A stretch of 64,000 nt of DNA, from NCBI GenBank assembly GCA_965112735.1, contig OZ218950.1:3844001-3908000 (forward strand), read 5' to 3'. The stretch is from Phaeosaccion multiseriatum (lineage: Eukaryota > Protista > Ochrophyta, other classes). Below, one piece after another: positions 34,908-58,637 of this stretch (within the stretch, counting starts at the first letter, position 1; each line of letters starts with the position of its first letter). The notes under the pieces are model-generated. The model did not search any database. It was not told the DNA's origin and saw nothing but the letters and a program-made list of their open reading frames with translations. The position numbers were made by a program, and so were the translations under genes.

Positions 34908-37900
34908 CTAAGCATTGAATGACCCAACCTTCTCCTTCACCTCCTTGAGCTTCTGCATGCTCTGCGCGATGCGCTGCGTTTGAGCCCTCAGCAACTCGAA
35001 CGCCGTGTCGCTCTCCGGCTCGCCCATTTGCACCGCCTCGAGCCGCTTCACCAGCCCCTGTTGGTCCTTGTCCAACAGGACCTGCTGCTCGCCGAGCCGA
35101 CTCAGCTTGTCCACAATCACCTCCCACCTCGAGCACTGCTCGTCCCACCTCTCCAGCTCCTTCCTGTACCCCATCTCCGCCCTGGTGAGCCTCGGTTGCA
35201 TAACCTGGGCCCCCTCCAACACCCCTGCCGCTCGACTTGCCAGGCTGCTGCCCAGATTGGCAGCTGCGGCCACTCGCCTCTGCAGCCTGGCTTGCCCCGC
35301 TTTCAACTCCGCCGCCTCTTGGTGCAGGCTCTGGAGCTGCTCCTGCTGAAACTGATGGCAATCCCGCAGCATGCTGAGGCGGCTCTGCGTCTTGACGTGG
35401 AGCTGCTCCACAATGTCAACCACCCCCGCATTCAACCTCTCCACTTCCTTGACGAACGACCGCACCGCGCCCTCATCTGCATCTGCCAGTTTCATGTTGG
35501 CACCCTTGAGGTGGTAGCGGTGCTTCGATATCCCACTCTCCAACGTCTCCCTCAGCTCTCTGGTGACGTGGCTAAAGGGTTGGAGCTGCTCCACCAGCTT
35601 GGATGTACTCTCTGAAGCCAATGAGGTTGGAGGACCACCTTTCCCCTGCTGCTTGGTACTGCTGTCCACCTGCAACTGCAGCGACCGTTCCTGCTGTCGC
35701 TCGCTGGCAGCGGTCTGCGCCTGTCTTACCGTAAGGTTGACCAGCTCAACGCTCCCACACGCAAGCCTGCCCACCACCAAGTGTCCCACGATGGGAGAGC
35801 GTGCCACCGCACACCCCACGATGCAGTGAGGGTTGAGGTCGCTGCTGGTGGAGTCGTCCTGCTCAGAGCCAGCGGGCATGAGACACAAAATGTCCACAAC
35901 AGAAGACTCCTTTCTGCCGTGCAGAGCCTTGAGCAGCCTGTCATTCATCTTGGCCGGGGCATCCCCCCCGGTCCCAACCAACTCCTCCAATTCCTGCCCC
36001 ATTTGCTCCAGCTGCTCTCCCCACGACAAGACTAGCGTCACAATGCGGTAGGGCGTGACCACGTGCAGCGTCCACGGCCGGAGGGGGTCCATCAGCAACA
36101 TGGGACCCATACCCGTGCTCTTCAGCCTGCCTCTCGCGACGCCTCCCTCTCCTCCTTCCTCCTGCCCTCCCCCATCGTTGTGGTCGTCGTGGCCCTCGTC
36201 AGCGAGTAGATCAATGCACTCCAGCACCGGGGAGTAATAATCCGTAATCGTGACTCCCGCAGGCTCCTCGCCCCCGCCCTTGTGTATCCACTTTGGCTCC
36301 ACCCCTCCAATCACAAAGATGAGGTCCACCTGCCCCGTCACGTACGCGCGAGCGAGCACCGCGGAATCTGCAAGCCCCACGCCCCCCGTCGCTCCCCACA
36401 AGTCCCGGAGAGGAGCAGCACCCGTCACACATGCCAGAGAGCAAGCAGGTCCGGCCTCATTTGAAACGGGAGACTCTGTGAGGGTGCTAACGAGGTCCTG
36501 GGGAGCCACCTGCCAACTCCGGAGGCGATTGGGGTGCAGCACCTTGACCCACTCCCCTCCGCCCATACGCACGCGCCCTTGACGGCGGCGGGGCGGGGTC
36601 GAATGGCTCAAATTCACAAATCCGTCATCCACCTGAGGGTGCACATACACACACACACACACACATACACACACAAAACGGTGAGTAAGAAAGAAGGGTC
36701 TGGTTGCTGGATAAACTGCAAGAGCCGGGGCGGGCATCATGCCTATGAGCGAGCGCGTAAATGACGACGACGTGCGTGGAATGAGCGGGGAACACACAAT
36801 GTAAGATGGAGGACAGACAGAGACGCCGCAAGTAGGGTTGTGGCGCTCACCTCTTCCGATAGCACATCGCCGCCTCCTCCCGCTCCAGCAGCCCAAATCC
36901 TCCTCCTCCTGTCCACACGACTCTCTTGATCATCGTCTGTTTCGCTGTCGTCCTCATCTTCCAGGTCCTCCCCAAAGCCGCCCCCCACTGCGCCCCCAAA
37001 CGTGTTGACAAGCCACGCCTTTTGCTCTTGGAGAGCCTTCAACTCTTGCTGGACGGGATTTTCGCGGGTGCCGCTCTCTTGGTCCGCGTCGTCCTCGCCG
37101 CTGTTCCGCCCGGAAGGCTGAGACATTTCTAACGAGGTTTCTAACTCTTCCATCTCCTCGTCTATACCCTCCATAAGGTCCAGCAGATCTGCTCGTCTTA
37201 GCGCGGCCTCCTTGGGTAAAAGCGGACAGAGTGCCATGACGTTGCCATTGTCCATCAGCACCCATGTAGTAAAGCGCTGCCAGCCCTGCTCGCCTCCGTG
37301 GGCCAGTGACACTGGCTTGGCCCCCTCTGCCACCATGCATTCGTCAAGCCAAACCTCCTGCTCTGGCTCATCGGAATTGAGAGTTTGTAGGCACACAAAG
37401 GCCGTGTCACTCATGCCCTCCTCTCCGCCCACGCAGAGCATGGTCAGGCAAGACGGGCTCAGAGGGTGCCACACCACGTCCGCCAAGTAGCACTTTCGTA
37501 TGTCCACAGCGTATCTGGACACATCTATGAGACGGAATAAGCGACTAATACTACTACTACCACCATCCAGCTCCGACGACCTCAGTTGGCTCCCCCGCCG
37601 CCGCTGCGGCCCGACCCGAGGCACCTGCACGACCCCAACATAGTAGTCGCCCCAAATGACAAGGCAATCGCCGTCGTCGTTGAACTCCATCCGCTTCAAG
37701 TGCTGCTTTTCCGGAAGCTTCTTCATGTAGTTGATGCCTTCAACGCCACTGCCATCGTCAAAGACCACAGTATGCGCGTCTTCTTCTGCAAACTGCCCCC
37801 CTCCCCCGGCTTCTTCAGCGTCTCCACCGCTACCGACAAGACTAACGTACTTGAGTACGTTGCCCTCGCACAGCATGAAAACGTCGGACCTACTGTTGAT

Positions 37901-38005
37901 GGCAACGAGCTGGGGGGCTCCGTCTCGGCCCCTGCCCTGCCCCCTGCGCAAGCTCGTATGGGGTGGCTTCTCCCGGGACATTATCCTCATTAGATCCTGC
38001 ATCAT
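34908..38005 (-). CDS. NUP88: Nucleoporin Nup88/Nup82-like (beta-propeller + C-terminal coiled coil)
   Basis: MEFNDDGDCLVIWG, VVWHPLSPSCLTML, WQRFTTWVLMDNGNVMALCPLLP, C-terminal QPRLTRAEMGYRKELERW coiled coil. Intron ~36634-36850. Confidence 0.75.
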
Positions 38006-38820
38006 ACACGGCGCTTGCTGTAACCACCGCGCCTCTCAACAAGGGCGACTCCCCTTATTAAAGCTGATGATTTTTCCCCCTTCGTCCCCTCGCCCCTGGA
38101 TAGAAATACCCTTCCCAAGGGCCATGAACCGAATGGCCAAGGCGACAATCAACTGCCGAACTTCGCAGGGTGGGGGAGGGAGGAGAGACAAGAGAAGGGA
38201 GTGAAGAAGAAGGGGCTGAAAGGAAGAGGAGGAGGATCGGAAGAGGGAACGGGGAACGCGGAGTTTTCAATTCCAGTTTTTGGCCGACCCCAACCTTTTT
38301 ACATGGTTGCTTTTGATTCGAGAATTACGCGCCCCTGCCTCGCTATAATTGCCTCTGCGACGCTATGGCCTGTCGAAGATTGCAGATCACTTATCGATGA
38401 ACATGTCGTTCTGCCTCGCTATATCTACCTCGCTACAGTACGTCTACGACGCAATCACTTATCGAATTCTATCCTTCCCTCGACTTCCCCCTAGCAGGCC
38501 TACCAGCCCAGTTGTCGTTGCCCGCCCCCCGCCCACCTTTGCCGGTGCGCTATCAGCTATTGGTAGTTGTCGAGAAATAGGCAATGGCACTTCAAGGGTC
38601 GACGGTGGAGAGCGTGTCAGGGTAGGGGCAGTCCATGTGTGTGCGCGCGCTTCGAGCGCCCTGCGCAGCTTGCGCAATGTTGCACGAGCCAAAGCAACCA
38701 CGTCTCACGTGCTGTAAAGCACATATACACACACTCAAGCACACTTCTTCTACCGCTAGGGGGGGGGGCTCTGTCTGCGGCTCCACCCGCGCGACCGCAC
38801 TCGAATTGCACAAAGCCGCG

Positions 38821-38961
38821 GAGGAGGAGGAGGAGGAGGAGGAGGAGGAGGAGGAGGAGGAGGAGGAGGAGGAGGAGGAGGAGGAGGAGGAGGAGGAGGA
38901 GGAGGAGGAGGAGGAGGAGGAGGAGGAGGAGGAGGAGGAGGAGGAGGAGGAGGAGGAGGAG
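38821..38961. repeat. Perfect (GAG)47 trinucleotide microsatellite, intergenic
   Basis: Direct count of 141 bp of uninterrupted GAG. Confidence 0.97.
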
Positions 38962-39158
38962 GATGCATCGGTCGAAACAAAACATATATTTTTATAAAAA
39001 AAACATATAAAACTTCCACTCTGCCTGGCCTGCGGTTCGTCGCGAGATTCGCTTGATCCAACAAGTTTAATGTCAAGACGGCACTTAAACAGTGCTTCTC
39101 TTCGTCCGATAGGCGGTGCTGCTGGTGCGGTGCGGTGCTGCTCCTCGTCAAGCCGGAA

Positions 39159-40037
39159 CTAATAGTCCGAGGGAGAGTCGCACATGAGAAGGCTGCCTTG
39201 GCCTTGTGCGTTGAACCGCAGCAGCGGGGCGGGTCTTGGAGCTGATCCTTGATTCTCCCTTATTGACGCCTCTTCGTCGTCGTTTTGCTTTGAGCTGACC
39301 CCCGTGTCGCTAAGCTCCTCGGAGCCCCAGCGCCAGAAAGATCCTCCGCTGCTGCGCCCTTCTGCCGATGCTCCCTGCCTTCTCCTGACTTCCGAACGGT
39401 GCTGGTCTCGTTTCCAGTGGTCTTGGGCCTCGCCGCTTGAGGCTCTTGTATCTGCTGCGGATCTTCCCCGGCGATGGAAGGTTGGTGATGATGATGAGGA
39501 CGATGGACAAGAAGAAGTAGAATGGCAGGAGTGGACAGGTGAAGAGGAGTGCGATTCCCTAAAGCTATTTTCCTGCCCCCACGCGCGTCGACCGCTGTTC
39601 TTGGTGCTGGCTTCCCTGAATGCATTCGTGACGTAGGTTTGTAGTAGTTCTGCGTTCTGCTGGGGGCTGGACGCGATCTTGCTCGGAGTACTGGTACCGG
39701 GAAAAGACGACGCCATTGCCGGGCACGTGTTCTTGGTGATCCGCGGCGAGCAGCTCCCTGATGCACTCGCCGGAGGGGTGGGCGTCGCTGTCCTCGGCCA
39801 GGCCTTGAGGGTGACTTTCTCGCGGAGGCTCCGTTCTTTCCGCTTGCCACTCGCATTGGAGAGCTTCTTCCTGGACAGTGAGCACCGGCGGCTGAAGAAG
39901 GAGTTGCTGCTCTCACTAAGCGATTGTTCTTCTTCCCGAGCCACCAACCCGTCAGCCTGCGGCGGCGGCTGCTGCTGCTGCTGCTTGGGTCGCTGATTCA
40001 GCTGTTGCTGTTGCTGTGTCTTCCTGTCGTCCTCCAT
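39159..40037 (-). CDS. Hypothetical 292-aa Ser/Arg-rich disordered protein
   Basis: ATG-started ORF with an A-rich 3' region downstream; no recognisable domain. Confidence 0.45.
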   Translation of the reverse strand: MEDDRKTQQQQQLNQRPKQQQQQPPPQADGLVAREEEQSLSESSNSFFSRRCSLSRKKLSNASGKRKERSLREKVTLKAWPRTATPTPPASASGSCSPRITKNTCPAMASSFPGTSTPSKIASSPQQNAELLQTYVTNAFREASTKNSGRRAWGQENSFRESHSSSPVHSCHSTSSCPSSSSSSPTFHRRGRSAADTRASSGEAQDHWKRDQHRSEVRRRQGASAEGRSSGGSFWRWGSEELSDTGVSSKQNDDEEASIRENQGSAPRPAPLLRFNAQGQGSLLMCDSPSDY

Positions 40038-40783
40038 GCTCTAACTGATGTGAACCGAAGCTGGGATAGGAAAACTCCTTAACTGGTTGGCGGCCTGTTC
40101 TGAGCAAAAAACCAAGTGCTGCGCCGACTCGGGGCCACCACTCCACCGCTGCCGACCTCCCTCCTTACCGTCGGTGCCTCCTGCCTTCCTGCTATTCTCT
40201 CCTTCCCCTCTCTCTTTCTCTCTTTCCACTGTTCTCCTCTACCTTTCCAAGTACTGGTTGCTCCGTTGGTTGTGGACTGAACTTGGGCGGTACTGTGGTG
40301 GCCTCTTCTTCATCACGGCGTTCACTTCGGGCAAAAAAGCTTTGTCTCTAGATCCAAAAAGGGCAGTCGTTACGGGGGAGTTTTCCGTAACGGCGTGTAT
40401 TCGGTAACATTTTTGGCGAGTCACGTCTGACGTCGCTCGCCCAATAGACAACTGTAAGCCATGTCATCTTTGGTTCAATGTGCAAAAAAGACAAAAGTGG
40501 TGCTGGGAAGAAGAGGAGTTACTGAGGCGCCAAAAGAGAAACGATCATGGGCAAAAGGGCTGCGTAAGCGCTTGGTAAGCGGTAGGAGTTGGGAAGTTGG
40601 GAAGTTTGGCCGCACCTCGTCCAGCCGTGGGGGCATATGTGCCACGTGGCAGGCACAGCCACTGCCAATGCCCTTCAATGCACAAGGTGTTCAACCACCC
40701 TCGGCCACCCTCTCAACCCCTGATAAGTGGATTACAACAAGCGAAGATACTTTGTCCCCCTTTATTTCCCTGTATTGGCCTTT

Positions 40784-42560
40784 CTATGGCTTAGAAGCTG
40801 CGAATGAACTGCAGAATACACACTCACAGGGCCCACCATGGCGGACTGGGTCTCTGGAATGAGCTCGCCATTGCGATTGCGCTTCCAGGTCCGCATGTCG
40901 GTATGCAACAAGTCTTCTCCTTCCCTGTGTGCACGCCCACGCCACCCCTCCGAGCCTCCTGCTAATGCCCACACTTCTTGCACATCTTACAGGCCCTCTT
41001 TCGCTGTGATTCAGCGCCAAGTGTGGCCGGTCGAGCAATTCAGGCACGCTTCCACCCTGAGTAGAGAGGGAGGGGGCTTGCTCCCGCAGGGTGCACGCCT
41101 CGGCGCTACTCGCAGCCGCAGCCGCAGCAGTTGCTGCTACCAAAGACATAGGCTCCTCCCTCAGCCTCTGCTGCTCGAGCTGTCCTGGCGATGGGCACGT
41201 CGGTTGTGGTTCTAAGACGGAGTGGTGAACTCCTCCCCAGGCGCAGGTCGCCTCAAGTCTGTTGTCAGGCTGGCCCCCTGTTGAAGAATCGGCTTCATAG
41301 TGGCCTTCGTGTTCATCCTCCTCTTCAGCAGGTCGTGGTACTGGCGCAGATGTGCACTCGTCTTGCGGAAAACGTTGCTCCACTTGCCGAGTCCTTTCGT
41401 CACTGCAGCCCTTGTTCCAGACGCAAGCCCAGCGGTCAAAGTCGATCGCAGAATTCGCTGACAACTCTCCCCTCTCTGGTCGTCGCCCGGCTGCGGCACC
41501 TCTGTCCACCGAGGACTCCCTCACTCCATCAATTCCTACGGGCGTCTTCTACTTCTCTCCTACGCCTCTCTTCCCATGCTCCTCTTCTATGCTCCCTCCC
41601 CACCCCCAAGGACTCTCCCTCTCTCACCCACCCACCTGCATGACATGACGAGCGGCGTGATGTGATGCCTCTCCTGCAGATGCTGCTGCTGCTGCTGCTG
41701 TCTCGGCGCTGCCTCTGCGGAGCTTTGAGCTGGAGGGACGGAGGGGGGAGGGAGAGAGGGAGCGCATCAATTCCTACGGGCATCTTCTGCTTCTCTCCTA
41801 TGCCTCTCTTCCCATGCCCCCCTTCTATGCTCCCTCCCCTCCCCAAAGAACTCTCTCCCTCTCTCACCTACCCACCTGCATGACATGACGAGCGGCGTGA
41901 TGTGATGCCTCCTCCTGGAGATGCTGCTGCTGCTGCTGTCTCGGCAGCTGCATCTGAGGAGCTTTCTGCTGGAGGGACGGAGGGACGGAGGGGGGAGGGA
42001 GAGCGGGAGCACATCAACTCCTACGGGCATCTTCCACTTTCTCCTATGCCTCTCTTCCCATGCTCCTCTTCTATGCTCCCTCCCCTCCCCGAAGGACTCT
42101 CTCTCTCTCTCTCTCTCTCTCACCCACCCACCTGCATGACGAGCTGCGTGACGCGATGCCTCTCCTGCAGACGCCTGCCCTCCCTTGGCGCCAGCCGCAG
42201 CTGCTCCCTCTCCTACTGAGCTATCTTCCGGTGTCCCTCTTGCTGATACTTCCTTGGTGCAAGCAGCAGCTGCTTCGGCGCGTGGGAGGGGCGGAGAAGA
42301 CGTCTTTGCTGATGCTACAGATGGTAGTGGAGAGCCCAGAACTGTGACCTCTCCCTCCTCAAAGCTGCCTGGAACTCCAAATCCCATCTTCCCCCAATTC
42401 CCCCCCTTCTGTCGACCGTTTCCTGGCGTACAGGACCTGGCTTTGCACTTCCCTTCGCGCTCTTGCTCCCTTGGGCCCAACAGCCTTCTTTGCTGGCGCT
42501 GCAGCTCCATCCACCTTGGCGGAAGTGTCCTTGCTCCCTCGGGGACGTCCTTGCCCCCTC
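40784..42560 (-). CDS. Possible low-complexity protein gene or pseudogene spanning the triplication
   Basis: ORFs 41767-42510 and 40784-41524, with a candidate donor CATGCAG|gtgggt in each repeat unit. No domain recognised. Confidence 0.3.
41527..42170. repeat. ~240-bp unit tandemly triplicated
   Basis: Units begin CATCAA(T/C)TCCTACGGGC at 41527, 41765 and 42012. They share CCCACCTGCATGAC and GATGCCTC blocks. Confidence 0.9.
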
Positions 42561-42930
42561 TCTTTCTTCGCAGGAGGAACGGTAGGAAAAGCAGCAGCAG
42601 GAGCAGCAGCTACAGCAGCAAAAATAGCAGTGCGTGCGATGTAGGGTTAATAGACCCCCGTGCTGCTGCTTATGCTGCTGATACTGATGGTGATGCTGTC
42701 ACCGATGATAACGGCTGCTGCAACGGGTGCTGGTGGTCCTGTAGAGCCCTCTAAAGCATGCACTGCTTCTCCATCTTTTTTCTTTTCTTTCAAACTTGTC
42801 TCCACTAGCAGGCAGGGGGGATGCCTCATCGTTACTTTTAGGCTTCTTTTTCCTCTCCTCTAATCTTGGCATTTTCCTTCTTTACGTGTGTGCTCCTGCT
42901 TCGGGGAAACGACGTTTCTTCAATCATCTG

Positions 42931-44431
42931 ATGGCCTTGGACCGGGGGCAACCACAGCGCAAGAAGAAGAGGAAGGCAAATGAGGATCTGTCCATGATTT
43001 GCAAAAATGTTTTCATCGTGGGCGAGAGAGAGCGGCAGGAGAAGCAGCAGATTGGGGAGGAGGAGGCCCAGCCTGGGTCGAAGTCGGTAGAGAGGCCTGC
43101 AGTGGAGGTAAAGGAAGAAGCAGCGGCAGGGCCATGTGAATCGGTGGGCGAGGGGGTCGAGACAAAGGGTGAAGGGGAGAAGGGGAAGCGGGCGCGGCCC
43201 TGGGGCAGGGGGTCTACGAAACACCTCCGTTCCCGCAAGCAGCCTGGGAATGTGTGCAAGCTGTACTGGGCGCTCCAGCTGGAGAGTGTGCGCGATAGGG
43301 AGGGCCATGATCAGTGCCTTTTGGGTCACCGCAATGGCCTCTGTATCGCGACCTTGGCCCCTTCTCACATTGCGCTCCAGTCCCCAACGAACGACGCCAT
43401 CACGGAAGTTCGATTCCCCTCTCCGCTGCTCAACTGCAAGTAAGTAGACACTGCTTGGTGCTGTCGCAGAGAGGTATCGCAGACACGCCACTGTCGGAGA
43501 GGGCGGAAGTGGAGGGGAAATGCCAAGGGTGAGGCTGCTCTCTCTCAAAAGAAGGAATGGACGGTGCCTGTTTCCTCTGCCGCCACCGCTGCGGTGGAGC
43601 CCCTCACTGGTTATCATGCTCTTTCGCTTCTCAAGTAGCACACTCACCCCACCCTGTTGTCTCTTGCTTCCCCCTCCTTTTGTTATGCGTGAACAAATGG
43701 GTCACCCCCTTGCCGGCGCAGGCCCCCTTCCGGCAAGAAAAAGAGCGGGGCGGTGCACCTCTCGGCCTCTTCCGTGCTGTGTTCTGTGGTCCTCTCTTCA
43801 GGTGAGAGCCCAGATTTCCTTTGCCCCCTTTGCTCACATGCATGCACCCTCCCTCATGCCCTGACAGTTGCTGACAGTTGCTGCTGCTGCTGGTGGTGGT
43901 GGTGGTGGTGTGCGTCTGCCCTCCTGTTGTCATACTCGTTTCTGCGGCATTCTGCTCACTACCTATGCTGCAAAATGCTGAAACTCTACCTTCTGCACTA
44001 CCGCTCGGCCAAACCCTCGCTTGGCAGGCAAAGTGCACGAGGTCTGTGCGAGCGTCTCCGGCCACGTGATGGAGATCAACAAGGCCCTGACGGAGGACCC
44101 CTCGCTGCTGCACCTCGACCCCCTGGGGAGGGGCTACATCGCCATCCTCCGACCCAAGTGAGTCTTGCGGTGCGGCGGTGTGGCGGCCGAGTAATACGCT
44201 GTCTTATGGGGGGTTGTGCGTGTGTGCGTGTGTGTGCATGCGTGTGTGTTGTTTTTGTGGGTTTGTGTGTATACATGTGTGTGTGTGGATCATGTTGATG
44301 GCAGTGGTGGCATGGGGTTTTCGGGAATGACACGGCCTGAGTCTTGGGGGGTCTGGTATGTGTGTGTTTGGCCGTGATGCGTCGAACCGCTTTCTTTCTG
44401 CCCCCGCAGTCCAAGCGGACTTGAGCTCTGA
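42931..44431 (+). CDS. ABITRAM: ABITRAM/Simiate (FAM206A)-like protein, GCV-H-like fold; C-terminal exon uncertain
   Basis: HDQCLLGHRNGLCIATLAPSH...VRF..LLNC|..SGKKKSGAVHL...LCSV|GKVHEVCASVSGHVMEINKALTEDPSLLHLDPLGRGYIAILRP. Confidence 0.8.
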
Positions 44432-45778
44432 CCAGACTGCCCTCCCTCCCCGTTGCTTGACCAGGGACGAGATGCTCGTGGAGCGGATAGCACAAGAAAA
44501 AGGACAACCAGAACCCACAGGCTGATGTCCTCTTCCTTCTTCATTTGATGACTACCATACGATACGCAATATGCCGTATGAGAGCGATGAGGAGCGCGAA
44601 GTATGCGTGAGACAGCAGAGCTGCCCGAGGCGCGGCCCGAACAGTCTCAACGGTAGCAGTGGTAGGCCAGGGTCACAAGGAGTCACAAGCACTGATGTAG
44701 AGCGTATCACTTACGGAGGGAGGGCTTCTACACTGTCCCGGGGGCGGGTAGCTTCGTAGGCAAGCTTGGCCCTGTTCATGCCCACTCCTGCCACCGTGGG
44801 TCCTTCTGGTCTTTTCTCCCTCGTCTTCGGTCCCTCCAGAGAGGAAGCCAGAAGGGAGGGTCGTGAAGGAGCGGGAGACGCGACTTCGGTCAAGGGCAGC
44901 AGCGCGGCGGCTGATGATGAGATGGCTTTGGTCCCCTCTGGACAACACAGCGTGCCCGACAAGTCACCCTCGGCACAGCACCCTCTTCCTTTCCTTGCTG
45001 GGGAGAAGAGCGTACTTTAGCATGAGAGAGAGCAACTCCAGAGAGAGAGACGGCAGCTCCTCCGATAATAGGAAGCGTAATCAATGCCAAGGCGCGATTT
45101 TGTATACATGTCTTCGTCCTTTTATAATATCGTCCTGCCTCATCCACCATCGCAGTGAGCATCGCAAAACGAAGGTCGCCCGGGCCATACGGCTTGACGT
45201 CCACCCAAACCTCCACACGCTTTGTACGCCGTTGGCCATGTCGAGCGAGTCGAAGTCTCTGTCTCTCCCTATGCTCCTCATAGAACAACAACAAAGGCCC
45301 GACGCGTAAGCTCCCCTCCCCCCCCCCCCCTTACATGCTTGTATGACTCTATATGACTCGGTCTAGGTGGGCTCTCAGGGGAGGAGATAGATACAGCCCC
45401 CCCCCTCCTCCACCTCCTCCTCCCCATGCGCTGACTCCTTTCGGAGTGTGTGTTGGGCCACGCTCACCTCGCTCCTCGCCCCTCCCTCCTTCGGCCCCGG
45501 CTCCGTAAAGAGTTGCACGACCCTGGGCTTCAATCGGTAAGCGTGCTCGGTAACCACGCTCCGGTGCTCTGCACAAGCGGCTCTCCCCTGCCCACGTGTC
45601 CACACACACTCTCAATGAGGAAGTCTCTTCCCCCCTTCCTTGTCTCTTTCTCCTTGCTCTATTTCTCCTTCTCTCTCTCTCTCTCTCTCGCGCGCGCGTC
45701 TCTCCTCCCTCCTCTCACCCAACTCTGCCGTCCTGCTCTACAGCTAAGGCGGCCCACGCCTCATGGTCTGGGGTAGCT

Positions 45779-46801
45779 TTAGAGCGCCCCTTGACGCATG
45801 GTCTGGATTATTTGGAAGACGGTCGACCCTACCAACACAAAGACAATGAAGGCCACCACGAGAGGCGGAATCCTGGGTCCGTCCGTCTCTTCGGCAGCTG
45901 CCTTGGCGGCCCTGCTCACCTGAGTGGGGCCACACACGCAACAACATGCCACACGAGGGGTAAGTTCTTATACCCAACCATGGGTAGGGTTGTGAAATAG
46001 AGGTCGAGCAAAGGTAGGGAATTGGGGGCATGGTGGGAGGGAAGGAAGGGGTGAAGGAAGGGAGGAAGGAAGGAGGGAAGGAAGGAACGGGAAGCAAGGA
46101 AAGAAGGAAAAGGGAACGGAAGAGGGAAGGAAAGACGGAAGAGCGAAGGAAAGAATGCATGAAGAAAGGACTGAAGAACAGAGGGGAGACAAAGCTCGAG
46201 GATGTGGGAAACGGGTTGTTGAGAGGAAGGCCGCGGATTGATCGGCAAGGGAGATGCCGCGACGGGCGGCATCAGGATGACCACACCAGCCTTCGCTTCC
46301 CCTCACCCCTGTTCCCTGCTTCTCACCTTCCCTCTCTTTGTAATGTTTCCATCATATCTGTCCGACTTTAGCCTGTTTGCGGTGGATGTTTACGAGGGAA
46401 AGAGGCAGGCATTGGTTGGTCAGACATGGTACTGTATGACATATTCCCCAACCAAAGAGCATTGTAGCATATAAGCAAGGGGAGAAGAGAGGGGTGGAAT
46501 ACGGAGTAGGCACTGCTGCTCCTGCCGCTTTGGGCCCTCCACCAAGGCCCAGTCATCCATCCACAAGCGTCTCAGCCAGGCCAAGGAGAGGGGAATTCCT
46601 TGACAGGCCCAGGAGCCTGCAGTCTTCGCTAAGGCGCACAGCAAAAGGAAGGCCTGTCCCACCACGACTCCTCAATCCACTCTCCTCCTTCTTGCTCTTT
46701 GCCTCCATGTTCTGCGACTCTTTGATGGAGACCCCAGAGCCGTTGAAATTTAAGGAACCTCCTCATTTAGACGGCTCTCACCTGGTTGCTCTGGAAGACA
46801 T
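45779..46801 (-). CDS. SERP1: Stress-associated ER protein RAMP4/SERP1 (3 small exons, missed by the ORF track)
   Basis: Exons 46801-46782, ~46373-46328, ~45920-45779 give MSSRATRLKSDRYDGNITKRGKVSRAAKAAAEETDGPRIPPLVVAFIVFVLVGSTVFQIIQTMRQGAL*. Confidence 0.88.
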
Positions 46802-46976
46802 GATGCCCCTCCTACAACTTCCTGCACCTTTTGGGTTTGGTTGTGTTGTGTAGGTGTGTGAGGGAAATGAGAAATGTGAGAAGGAAGAGGGACAAGAAAT
46901 CGAGTCGATTTTAAATATCGATACTATCTACACTCATTTTTTCATTTCATTTCTTTTTCTTCTCGACCCCCCCACC

Positions 46977-58263
<11,287 letters not shown>

Positions 58264-58637
58264 TCTTGCTGCTGCTGTTCACGCCGCCGCGGCTACTGTA
58301 GGCAAGAGAAGGCCTCCAGTAGCAATCCCCTCAATTTTTAGCTGCGAGGCCGCTAAGCTGCAGCAAGGAGGGCCACATCCCTAGATGTGAGACATGGCGA
58401 GGGCATCCTACGGTTTCAGCAAATCTAACGCACTGATCACCAAATTCAAGCCTCATTGACTTCCACGACCACTTTCGTCTTTCGTCCTTCGGATTCTCTG
58501 CTCTGATTCGCTCTGTCTGCTCTCCTATCTCTACTCTGCTCTGCTCTGCTCTCGCGCTCTCTACTCTGCTCTCTCTCTCTGGTGGATAAAAGAGATCAAA
58601 GGCAAAGGATTCAAAGAGGAGAAGAGAGAAGAGAGGG

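Noticed and set aside
38567-39151. Poly-R/L/E/P ORFs
   Set aside because: Artefacts of the (GAG)47 microsatellite being open in most frames.
40368-40392. Small inverted repeat CGTTACGG...CCGTAACG
   Set aside because: An 8-bp stem alone is too weak to call a terminator or operator.
44550-45620. Several 60-150-aa ORFs between ABITRAM and RAMP4
   Set aside because: No recognisable motifs or consistent exon chain; left unannotated.
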